Source of the DNA: an uncultured Actinomycetota bacterium
GTDB lineage: Bacteria; Actinomycetota; Actinomycetes; Propionibacteriales; Nocardioidaceae
Length of the DNA stretch: 64,000 bases
Assembly (NCBI GenBank): GCA_963812265.1
Contig: CAWEUL010000005.1
Location: 55,915-119,914 of the forward strand
Reading direction: 5' to 3'
A program made the position numbers and the translations under genes. The stretch's first letter is position 1. Each line of letters begins with the position of its first letter. The notes under the pieces were generated by a model, which was given only the letters and a program-made list of their open reading frames with translations, ran no database searches and was not told where the DNA came from. This document shows positions 27,801 through 35,649 of the stretch, piece by piece.

Positions 27801-29416
27801 AGCTGAGGATGAACCTGTCCTCGGCGATGCGGCGCCAGGACCTCGACCTGCTCGGACTCTGGCGCTCGCTGCCGGAGGCGATCCGCTCGCTCGACGTAGT
27901 GGCCGACGCCGCCGCCGACGGCTGGCTGTGGTGGCTTACGCCCGCCACTCCGGTGCGGCTCGTCCACGCGGTGCCCAAGCCCGTCGAGGTGCCCCGCACG
28001 ACCGTCCTGGTGCCGGTGCGCGTCGCCGACGGGACCGACGTACGGCTGTTCGGCGGCGTCGACCTGCACGGCCCGAGCACCGAACGACTCGACGTCGAGG
28101 CCGAGTGGACCGAGTGGGTGGACGACGTCAGCAAGCCGGCCGGGCCGGAGCAGGTCACGGTGAGCGCGAGGGCCGCCGCCACCTCCGTGGGCTACGACGA
28201 GGACCTCGTGGTGCTCGGAGGTGAGGAGGACTCCTCGATCCCGCTGCCCGACGGAACCACGCTGGCGGTGCACGCCGCCGTGCATCAGCTCGGCGACACC
28301 CGGCACCGGATGATCGACTACCGGATGCGGGCGACCACGCGGTACCGCGAGTACTTCGACCCGCGGGTGTTGCCGACCGTCGACGACGTCTCGGTTGTCG
28401 GCCCGGCGGCCCGGCTCGACGTCCCGAACACGGCCCGGCCGAACAAGCCGATCGTGCACGACGTGCTCCCGCTGTTCAGATGGAACGAGCTCACCGAGCC
28501 GGCGCAGCCGTTCGGCTTGCGACGGACCCGGCGCTCGGGCCTGCGGGTCTACCTGGAGCGGCCCTGGTTCTCCTCGGGGGACGGCGAGCTGCTGGGGCTG
28601 GCCCTGGCGCTCGGCAAGGACACCGCGACCGAGAACCATGTCTGCTTGTGGGGTGGCGACCCGGCCTACCTCCAGGCGGGGCCGGCGCACCGCTCGATCC
28701 TGCCGCTGAGCGACCTCACCCACCTCGCCGGGCTCGACGACCGCCCCGAGGGGGGCCGACCCGTGGGCACCCCGGCCGTGCAGACCCTGGTGGACGTTCC
28801 GGGCGAGCCTCCCGTGTGGGTGCTCGGCTATGAGCCCGTGTTCTCGCCGGAGCGTGGACTGTGGTTCGCCGACATCGCCCTCGATCCTGGGACCGCCATC
28901 TGGCCGTTCGTCCGGCTCGCGCTCACCAGGTTCCAGCCGAGCTCGGTTCCGGAGAAGCACCTGTCTCCGGTGGTGCTGACAGACTTCGTGCCCCTGCCTC
29001 CCGAGCGCACGGCCACCCTCACTCGGCCGGATCGTCGACACGCGCGGGTGATCGTCACTGGGCCGATCGGGGTGCCCGACATGGGCATCGAGGGGATGGG
29101 CTTCGTCGAGTCGCTCCTGGCGTCGCGCACGATGCGGGCCAGGCTGGAGCGTCGCGTGCCCGAGATCCCGTCGGACCTCGGCTGGGAGACCATCGCGTCG
29201 CTCGACCTGCCCATCCTGGGCCTCGAGGGCACGGTCGTGTCGTGGTCGGGCGAGCTGGAGCTGCCGAGTGCCGTGCCCCCGCGTCGGCCCGGCTCGAGCC
29301 AGACCTGGCGGATCGTCCTCGAGGAGTGGGAGACCCTTCCGTCGGACGCGACGGGCAGTGCACGTGGGCTCAGCACCCAGTCGCGCGTCGTCTACGCCGA
29401 CCACCTGCCGCTGTAG
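24833..29416 (+). CDS. Giant hypothetical protein B (1527 aa), likely tandem Ig/FN3-like beta domains
   Basis: Starts 1 nt after the stop of A; YAFRAWTVDLAGN and YRMRATTRY FN3-like strands; Pro/Arg-rich internal linker. Confidence 0.8.
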   Translation: MVIESFLVTALPRTADPARGQHVSLFVTHRLTPDGGVGVVGDFPHVAEWTAALGSARIELRGHVGGVEHTIPTTARLGRLIPTLWPQVFPPKLSVRPWVTADPAAEEWRSFPAHRMQAHALLTHAAAVFSSPVGSPGVSGNVLTGLLLDALGLRQFEGRISMDLLFDEDFGLDRRVTDLLNEVTEGGRTSPSGGQDPLLALAADVHRARLYYERPAEQRTYRDQPDPQASPPPVVTPDPDFHERASMLGDLSPLLRRLGLVVDLHIDDLGALAGVTEISASIVVAGLDNPIKNQPRTACVVDGHGFWVASASGDHHRGLLRLGDEERFRVLDLDPDASGLKLEQYVRNLPRMSATEENGDPASSAPASLRAAGFAVARVDRADQLHAQLAGAPAQDQALISGTAAPLTIESLARGLRLEVWDDVSTQWHSLHRRRIDVEVDGAGAVLSDTPDTGFLQGAALTRSEDPDGNTVAAPYYSHEVLAGWEGWSLSVPKPGKVVIADGDDPVDEPDPDPDPVHPVATTSHIEQLTLPWLRYGRSYAFRAWTVDLAGNSAPHRVAGPDPADPEGPETPTAAPRRTPRRTGPDPLDLAQRAAGGRLAQLPHDATSTAAGPVRDAVRARHPVEEPGPRRGSGARGLDLTEVTPTGIAAVDVVVRARTSERAARDGVPGPTRRARIETAFHQAAAEVPHLMERTDVHLDPALLGSALASAAQTQADLPALTLPVLSELLDLVTTPRPFLRWDPVVEPVVVPRHPYTEAESQLTLVIRSGVEHPDGDDPYAVSIVDPGAYSAQAKAAHPELDLEWRARSQRHLAPPKTSQYEAELHGRFDAAFGSADPAVVRAALGVALRESGTLFDPTVADLDHPGERLPQPGIAFHSSPTAEVPDVTDPADLERGAGLTPGQYVVHGTDELTLPYLPDPLASRFSMTFPDAGQGHHLFGLWAIEGVTLPYAGSWPQWQPYRMVLESGPTLEARSTSQVVRFRVPPGEQLRMNLSSAMRRQDLDLLGLWRSLPEAIRSLDVVADAAADGWLWWLTPATPVRLVHAVPKPVEVPRTTVLVPVRVADGTDVRLFGGVDLHGPSTERLDVEAEWTEWVDDVSKPAGPEQVTVSARAAATSVGYDEDLVVLGGEEDSSIPLPDGTTLAVHAAVHQLGDTRHRMIDYRMRATTRYREYFDPRVLPTVDDVSVVGPAARLDVPNTARPNKPIVHDVLPLFRWNELTEPAQPFGLRRTRRSGLRVYLERPWFSSGDGELLGLALALGKDTATENHVCLWGGDPAYLQAGPAHRSILPLSDLTHLAGLDDRPEGGRPVGTPAVQTLVDVPGEPPVWVLGYEPVFSPERGLWFADIALDPGTAIWPFVRLALTRFQPSSVPEKHLSPVVLTDFVPLPPERTATLTRPDRRHARVIVTGPIGVPDMGIEGMGFVESLLASRTMRARLERRVPEIPSDLGWETIASLDLPILGLEGTVVSWSGELELPSAVPPRRPGSSQTWRIVLEEWETLPSDATGSARGLSTQSRVVYADHLPL

Positions 29417-29441
29417 GGAAAGGCACCGCACCGTCGGCGGG

Positions 29442-30245
29442 TCAGCCTGCCGGGGCCACGCCGAGCCGGATCGCGGCCACCCCGCGGACTCCGGACGGGC
29501 CGACCACCGTCCGGGACCGACCGTCCGCGGCGACGGCGAGCGCCGCCGCGGCGACGCGCGAGGCACCCGCCGCCGCGCCGAAGCGGTCGGCGGCATCGGC
29601 CGCCCAGGAGGAGCGAACCTCCTCAGGCAGCTGGTCGAGGCTCGCTGCCGTCCAGCACCCCGTGATCGCCGCGAGGCTGCCGCCGCCCTCCGGGGCCGCG
29701 GACAGCCGGACCGCGGCCGCCCCCTCAGCAGCGTCGGGGTGGCCGGCCAGCACCGTCGGCTCCGCAGCGTCGGCCGCGATCGCGAGCACCCGGTCGGCGC
29801 GGCCGGCGCTCAGCAGCCCGCACGCCTCCACCACCGCCTCGAGTCCCGCGTGCTCCCCGCACAGGGTCAGCGCTGGACCGGTGCAGCCGAGCAGGGTGGC
29901 GACATAGCCCACGTGCACGCTGACCACCGTGTTGGGGAAGGCCATCGGGAAGACCCGGTCGGCACCGTGCTCGGCCGCCACCTGCACGAAGTCCGCGAGC
30001 GGGGCGACGCTGGAGCGCGCCGAGCCGAGGACGAGGGCGTCGCGAGGCCCGGTCTCCGTGCCTGGGGGCAGCACCCTGGCCGCCACGCTCATCGCCAGGC
30101 GGGCGGTCCGGGAGAGCGGTCGAAGGCCGCGCAGCACCAGCGCGTCGGCGAGCAGCTCGTCGGTGACCAGCCCCGGCCGCTCGAGCTCGGTGTCGACGAA
30201 ACCCTCCGGACCGAACACGGCCGCGGCGCTGACGTACGCCGTCAC
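29442..30245 (-). CDS. Ketosynthase N-terminal-like, non-catalytic partner (chain-length-factor-like)
   Basis: RVFPMAFPNTV and GPALTL..GLEAV thiolase-fold motifs; catalytic Cys and both His motifs absent; GTGA overlap with upstream KS. Confidence 0.75.
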   Translation of the reverse strand: MTAYVSAAAVFGPEGFVDTELERPGLVTDELLADALVLRGLRPLSRTARLAMSVAARVLPPGTETGPRDALVLGSARSSVAPLADFVQVAAEHGADRVFPMAFPNTVVSVHVGYVATLLGCTGPALTLCGEHAGLEAVVEACGLLSAGRADRVLAIAADAAEPTVLAGHPDAAEGAAAVRLSAAPEGGGSLAAITGCWTAASLDQLPEEVRSSWAADAADRFGAAAGASRVAAAALAVAADGRSRTVVGPSGVRGVAAIRLGVAPAG

Positions 30246-31426
30246 GAGAGCCTCCGGAAGATGGTGACGGCGTTGCAGCCGCCGAAGGCGTAGGCCTGGT
30301 TGACCACGACATCGCCATCCCATGCACGAGGCCCGTCGGTGATGACGTCCCAGTCGCAGTCGGGGTCCTGCTCACCGACGTGCCAGGTCGGGGGCAGCGT
30401 CCGCTCGCGCAGCGAGACCACCGCGAGCACCGCTTCGAGGGCGCTCGCCGCGCCCAGGCCGTGGCCGGTCAGCGACTTCACCGACGACGCCGGTGGCCGG
30501 TGGCCGGTGTACACCGCCCGCAGCGCGAGCACCTCGGCTCGGTCGTTGGCCGGCGTGCCGGTGCCGTGGGCGCTCACCCAGCCCACGTCGTCCGGCCGGA
30601 CCCGGGAGTCCTCGAGGGCGGCCAGCACCGCCCGAGCCGCGCCGGCCCCTTCGGGGTGCGGGCTGGTCGGATGGTGGGCGTCGCACGACAGGCCGGCGCC
30701 GGCGAGTTCCGCGAGAGGCTCGGCCCCGCGTGCCTCGGCGGCCGCCCGCTCCTCGATGAGCAGGAACGCCGCGCCCTCACCCAGAACCAGACCCTGCCGG
30801 TCGAGCCCGAACGGCCGGCACCCGTCCTCGGCCAGTGCCCCGAGCCGGGCGAAGCCGATCAGCGCCGTCCGGCTGAACGCGTCGACCCCACCGGCGAGCA
30901 CCCGGTCACTGCGGCCGGCTCGGACGTCGTCCAGCGCCCGGGTCAGGGCGAAGTTGCCGGCCGCACAGGCACCACCGACCGCGGAGACCCGACCCCCGAC
31001 GCCGAGCTCGTCGGCCACCGCGGCCGCCAGGTCCTCCGGGGTGCCGCCGAGCAGCTCGCGTGCCCGGCCCGGCGGCGGTGGCGCCTGAGCCGCCTCCGCG
31101 TCCGGCCAGGTGTCGATCCAGCTCGGCTCGCCCATGGTCGTCCCCACCACGAGATCGAGCCGGGCCGGGTCGAGGGCGGCTCCGGACAGCGCATCCGAGG
31201 CCGCGACCAACCCGAGCGCCGTCGCTCGACCCCGCAGCGGCCGGCCGTCGGGGTCGCGGACCGGGCCCGGCGCGTCCGGTCCCACCACCCGCGCGACCAG
31301 CCGGCCGTCGTCGTCGCGGGTGACCCCGGAACGACCGGTGAGCGCTGCCTGCCAGGTGTGGTCCGGGCCGCGACCCAGCGGGGAGATCACCCCGAGGGCG
31401 GTGACGACCGCGACCCGGTCGGACAC
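30242..31426 (-). CDS. Beta-ketoacyl-ACP synthase (FabF/KAS II-like)
   Basis: GACAAG (Cys), SAHGTGTPAND and GHGLGA (His, His), AYAFGGCNA. Confidence 0.9.
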   Translation of the reverse strand: MSDRVAVVTALGVISPLGRGPDHTWQAALTGRSGVTRDDDGRLVARVVGPDAPGPVRDPDGRPLRGRATALGLVAASDALSGAALDPARLDLVVGTTMGEPSWIDTWPDAEAAQAPPPPGRARELLGGTPEDLAAAVADELGVGGRVSAVGGACAAGNFALTRALDDVRAGRSDRVLAGGVDAFSRTALIGFARLGALAEDGCRPFGLDRQGLVLGEGAAFLLIEERAAAEARGAEPLAELAGAGLSCDAHHPTSPHPEGAGAARAVLAALEDSRVRPDDVGWVSAHGTGTPANDRAEVLALRAVYTGHRPPASSVKSLTGHGLGAASALEAVLAVVSLRERTLPPTWHVGEQDPDCDWDVITDGPRAWDGDVVVNQAYAFGGCNAVTIFRRLS

Positions 31427-31427
31427 C

Positions 31428-31667
31428 TCAGGCCTGCTTGTGACGCACGAGCTCGGCGAGCTGGCGGACGCTGTGAACCGTCTTCAGGTCGGTGTCGTCG
31501 AAGCGCACCCCGCACCGACGCTCCACGTGGACGGCGATCTCCATCGCGAGCAGCGAGTCGATGCCGGCATCCACGAAGGGCGTGTCGAGCCCGACCTCGT
31601 CCGGTGACAGCTCGGCGAGGTCGGCGACCAGTTCGCGGAGGTCGGCGTCCAGCTCGGTCTCGGTCAC
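31428..31667 (-). CDS. Acyl carrier protein
   Basis: GIDSLLAMEI phosphopantetheine site; acidic 79-aa protein. Confidence 0.9.
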   Translation of the reverse strand: MTETELDADLRELVADLAELSPDEVGLDTPFVDAGIDSLLAMEIAVHVERRCGVRFDDTDLKTVHSVRQLAELVRHKQA

Positions 31668-32653
31668 GGGACACCTTCCAGGTCGCGGATCGGGTCAGGG
31701 AGCCCATCGGGCAGGTGGTCGGGTGGCGGGGCGAAGACCGCGCGGGCGCGAACCAACGCGTCCTCGGCCCCGAGCAGGCTCGCCAGCGGATCTCCCACGA
31801 GACGGTACGCCGAGGCCTCCGGACTCGGCGTACCGTCGCTGAGCAGCATCCTGCTCAGCAGGTTTCCGACGTCCGGCGCAGGCCCGCGTAGGGCCGTGGC
31901 GAGGGCGAGCACGATCCGGGTGTTGTCGAGATGCAGCACCGGTCTCACCGCGCCGACGGCCGCCGCGGCCGACCCCTGGAGCACGACCTGCTCGGAGAAG
32001 CTGGTGGCGACCCCACGTCGACTCGCCGTCCAGCAGGTCAACGACAGCAGCAGGCCCAGCGGCTCGGACAGCCCCTCGGGACCGGGCGCCAGGTGTGCCG
32101 CTCGGAGCCCGCGGTAGGCCGCCCACCCGCTGGGTCGTCCGTGACCGAGGTAGACCGCGGCGCCGAGGCCGAGTCCCAGCGCCGTGACCAGGTCCTCCCG
32201 GGTGATCCGCTCGGCACCCCACCGCACGCTCGGCAGGTCGCCCAGGTGGTGCACGAGACGGTCCGAGAGCCGCTGGTAGCGCGGGCTGCGCTGGCCCAGG
32301 ACCGCCACCGGCGACACCTCGTGCCGGGTGGCCACCGCGGTGGCGGCCCGGACGAAGGGCGTGAGATCGCGAGCCGCCGGCAGCCAGCCCGCCGGAATCC
32401 AGCCGTGGTCCGCGGAGCGCACGAACGGCTGGCCGGTGACCGTTCCGGGCTTCCGGCGCCGGTCGCCCACGACCAGCACCCCGGCCGCCCCGCCGGGCAC
32501 CAGCCGCGGCCACTCGTCGTCGGCCGGCAGGTCGTCCCGGGCGATCACCCGCACCGACCGGGAGGCGGAGCGCAGCACGACGAGCGGCTCGAGCTGGGGC
32601 AGCCGCGAGCGCGGGGCGACCAGCACCCAGCACCCGTCCTCCTTGGTCGGCAT
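31664..32653 (-). CDS. Gingipain (peptidase C25)-like clan CD protein
   Basis: VYLGHG His motif, LSLTCWT Cys motif, SFSEQVV...AAAAVGA and terminal YRLVGDP, the order seen in C25 catalytic domains; no signal peptide. Confidence 0.65.
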   Translation of the reverse strand: MPTKEDGCWVLVAPRSRLPQLEPLVVLRSASRSVRVIARDDLPADDEWPRLVPGGAAGVLVVGDRRRKPGTVTGQPFVRSADHGWIPAGWLPAARDLTPFVRAATAVATRHEVSPVAVLGQRSPRYQRLSDRLVHHLGDLPSVRWGAERITREDLVTALGLGLGAAVYLGHGRPSGWAAYRGLRAAHLAPGPEGLSEPLGLLLSLTCWTASRRGVATSFSEQVVLQGSAAAAVGAVRPVLHLDNTRIVLALATALRGPAPDVGNLLSRMLLSDGTPSPEASAYRLVGDPLASLLGAEDALVRARAVFAPPPDHLPDGLPDPIRDLEGVP

Positions 32654-35445
32654 CAGGCCGCCCGCACCTCCACGATGTAGGGATCGAAGTGCACCGTGGA
32701 CTGGCCGGCCTTGTTGGTCGCGTAGAAGTCCTGGACGAGCTGGGCCTGCTGCTCGGGGTTGAACGCGTCGAGCCCGTCATCCTTGTGCGCGTCGAGACCG
32801 GCGTCGCCGCCGTAGTCGTAGCCGTCGGTGGCCTGGCCGATCAGCGCGTGGGCCATGTACGCCGGGCCGGTCTGCTCGCCCTGCCACACGTGCATCAGTT
32901 CGTGGATCAGCCACGACTCCTGAGCGGGGTCGGTGTCGCTGTAGCTGTCGGGGAAGTGGATGATCCGCATCGTGGTGACCCCGGTGTCGCCTCCGGTGTT
33001 GTTCGCAGCAGCCCACGACACGAACGAGCCGACGAACAGCCGGATGTCGTCCATCGGCAGCGTGTCCTCGTAGACGAGCGTGGCCCGCTGGCGCTCGCCT
33101 GTGGTCAGCGGGCGGAACACGCCGAAGACCTCGAGCAGCACCGCCACCACCGTGAAGATCGCGCCGCCCACGATCTCGATCAGCCCGTCGAGGCACTCCT
33201 GGAGGCCGGCGCCGGCATCCTTGAGCGACTGCACCAGGTACCTCTTGTCGGCGTCGTTGAGCGTGAACGCCGGCTCGAGGATGTCCTTGACGGTCTTCCC
33301 GAGGTCGCGCATCGCCTGCACGAACAGGGCTCCGGCGTTCTGCGGTTGCTGGGCGATCGCGACCAGCAGCTGGGCCAGGCTGACTCCGAACGCGAGCGCG
33401 GCCTGCAGGACCGCCACGACGGCGCTCAGTGCCTTCCCCACCGCCCAGAGGATGATCTGGACGACGGCCAGGCCCGCTCTCAGCAGGCCGGTGACGACGC
33501 TGATGAGCCCGGGGATCAGGTCCTTGGCGACCCAGGTCAGCAGATAGCTCACCGAGTTCTTCAGCCGCACCCACACCTCACCGAGCAGGTCGAGCGCCTT
33601 CGCGCCCACGGCCTTGGCCCAGTCGATGACGTCGCGCAGCCTGCTGCCGATGTCCTCGGCGATCCGCACGATCATCTCGAGCAGGTCGGCGCCCTTCTTC
33701 AGCGCCCAGTCCAGTGCCTCGTCGAGCGCCTTGCGGACGAACCGGATCGCCAGCACGGCTTCGCGCATCAACGCGTCGATGGCGTTCCCGGCCTGGGTGA
33801 GAACCCAGTCCAGGACCTCGCCGACCTTGCGTCCGGCGTCGAGGATGCCGGTGATCATCCTGCGCAACAGGTAGTAGGTGCCCTTGGCGGCCTCCTCGAG
33901 GAGCTGGGCGAGCTTGATGCCCGCGGCGAGCGCCGCCTCGACGAACCGACGCGCGGTCCTGTACGTGAACGCGACGACCGCCTGCACGATCTCGACCAGT
34001 GCCTTCCCTGCGGCGATCAGGGCCTTGATGACGTCCCGGATCGCGGAGGTCACCAGCTTGGCCACCTCCTTGACGATCCGTAGGACGGCGTACCCGAGCT
34101 CGAGCGCCGCCTCCACGATGCGTTTGATCGCTCTCAGCCCGGCCTGGGCGAGCTCGTGGACGAGTTCCCCGAGCGTCCGGCCGATCTGCAGGAGCGCCTT
34201 GGCCACGGCCTTCGCGACGGCCACCGCGGCGTTCGCGATGAGGTGGCACAGCTCGACGAAGCCGCTCGCGATCTCGGCGATCGCCCGGACCACCTCGCTG
34301 AGAAGGTGCGCGGCCGCGCTCAGGGTGGCGTTGACGATGTCCGCGATCGCCCGGCCGAGCGCGATCAGCGCCTTCACGGTGTCGCGCAGCAGCGTGAGGG
34401 TGTACTGCGCGGCGGCGGCCAGCAGGTCGCCGATCTGACGACCGAGGGAGAGTAGTGCGCCGACCACGGACTGAAGCACACCAAGGGCGGCGCGGGCGGC
34501 CTGCTGGAGCAGGTTGCCGACGGACTTGCCGATCGCGATCAGCGCCTCGACAACTCGTCGTACGGTGTCGGCGACCTGGGTGGCGAGCCAGGAGAGCAGC
34601 TCGCTGAGCTGGTGTCCCAGGTTGTCGATGGCCCGCAGCAGGTCGACCAGCGCCTGCCCGACGAACCGTGCCGCCTGCTCGAGGATCTGGAACATCGCCT
34701 TCCCGACGTTGCGGATCGCCGAGATCATGTTGCGCACGAAGTCGTAGCCGTAGGCGACAGCGGCCTCGAGGAGGTCGAAGATCGTCTGGCCGGCGTTGAG
34801 CAGTGCCTGGGCGAGGTTGGTGAGCTTGTCGACGGTCCAGTTGACGACGGCGGAGATCGCGTCGACGAGGTCCTCGAACGCGTGGACGACCGCGTCGACC
34901 ACGTTCTCGATCACCTCCTTGATCTCGTCGACCACGTCCTCGATGAACTCGACGACCGCATCGTCGTGGTCGGGCTCGCCCTCGTCGTCGAGCGGCGGCG
35001 CCGCGCTCGTGCGGATCTGGGCGCCCATGGTGGCGACGTAGGTCCACACCTCCTCGAGGGCCGCCTTGTCCTTGCGGCCGGCCGGAGTGAGGACGTAGTC
35101 CTTCATCAGCGCGCGCCCGTGCGCCGCCGGCAGCTCACCGATGGCGTGCACGATCCACTGGTCGTGATGGGCGTCGCGGTAGCCCTTGATCAGGGTGCGT
35201 CGCTCGTCGGCGTCCCGCGAGAGCGCCACCGCCTGGAACACCTGGCGATGCTGGTCGATCGACGGCAGGGTCGTGGCGTACGCCGTCGCGAGTCTCCGGG
35301 CCGCAGGCCTCGAGGTCTTGTACATCTGGCGGTAGACCGGGCCGACCTCGCTCGGCGTCGGCTTGATCTCTGCCACCCGAGCGTTGACCACACCCATATC
35401 GGTCGGCAACGTGCCCAAGGCGTCTAGTACGCGCTGTCCAGCCAT
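32653..35445 (-). CDS. 930-aa helical-repeat protein with C-terminal HExxH (DUF4157-like) metallopeptidase domain
   Basis: RPLTTGERQRA...WLIHELMHVWQ...FNPEQQAQLV; long amphipathic repeat region; GGGAGG RBS before ATG 35445. Confidence 0.75.
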   Translation of the reverse strand: MAGQRVLDALGTLPTDMGVVNARVAEIKPTPSEVGPVYRQMYKTSRPAARRLATAYATTLPSIDQHRQVFQAVALSRDADERRTLIKGYRDAHHDQWIVHAIGELPAAHGRALMKDYVLTPAGRKDKAALEEVWTYVATMGAQIRTSAAPPLDDEGEPDHDDAVVEFIEDVVDEIKEVIENVVDAVVHAFEDLVDAISAVVNWTVDKLTNLAQALLNAGQTIFDLLEAAVAYGYDFVRNMISAIRNVGKAMFQILEQAARFVGQALVDLLRAIDNLGHQLSELLSWLATQVADTVRRVVEALIAIGKSVGNLLQQAARAALGVLQSVVGALLSLGRQIGDLLAAAAQYTLTLLRDTVKALIALGRAIADIVNATLSAAAHLLSEVVRAIAEIASGFVELCHLIANAAVAVAKAVAKALLQIGRTLGELVHELAQAGLRAIKRIVEAALELGYAVLRIVKEVAKLVTSAIRDVIKALIAAGKALVEIVQAVVAFTYRTARRFVEAALAAGIKLAQLLEEAAKGTYYLLRRMITGILDAGRKVGEVLDWVLTQAGNAIDALMREAVLAIRFVRKALDEALDWALKKGADLLEMIVRIAEDIGSRLRDVIDWAKAVGAKALDLLGEVWVRLKNSVSYLLTWVAKDLIPGLISVVTGLLRAGLAVVQIILWAVGKALSAVVAVLQAALAFGVSLAQLLVAIAQQPQNAGALFVQAMRDLGKTVKDILEPAFTLNDADKRYLVQSLKDAGAGLQECLDGLIEIVGGAIFTVVAVLLEVFGVFRPLTTGERQRATLVYEDTLPMDDIRLFVGSFVSWAAANNTGGDTGVTTMRIIHFPDSYSDTDPAQESWLIHELMHVWQGEQTGPAYMAHALIGQATDGYDYGGDAGLDAHKDDGLDAFNPEQQAQLVQDFYATNKAGQSTVHFDPYIVEVRAA
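33140..34815 (-). repeat. Protein-level tandem repeat, about 19 units of 29 aa
   Basis: VEALIAIGKSVGNLLQQAARAALGVLQSV / VGALLSLGRQIGDLLAAAAQYTLTLLRDT / VKALIALGRAIADIVNATLSAAAHLLSEV and further units; Gly usually at position 8. Confidence 0.8.
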
Positions 35446-35649
35446 GTTGATCGCCCTCCCGCGGGCGAACCGATCCCCCACCGGTTCACCGGCTGGCTCG
35501 TGTCGTGCTGCCGCCGCACAGCGGCTAACTGCTCACTGTGGCGGAACAGGCGCCGGACGGCAATAAGCCCGGTGCTCTGGCGCTCGCACGGCGGCCGACC
35601 TGGGCACCTCCGACTTACCAACGACGGAATTTCTGCCCACAATGTCGGC

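Noticed and set aside
24833-29416. Alpha-2-macroglobulin identity for giant B
   Set aside because: No CxEQ thioester and no lipoprotein signal; kept only as an analogy.
24692-29596. 1634-aa minus-strand ORF (likewise 23422-24915, 32689-34083, 53937-55628 and 59640-61421)
   Set aside because: Shadows of real genes on the opposite strand, with no motifs or RBS.
29442-31667. Conventional aromatic type II PKS or RiPP-lipid hybrid cluster
   Set aside because: No cyclase, KR, AT, tailoring enzymes, lanthipeptide/YcaO enzyme or precursor peptide nearby.
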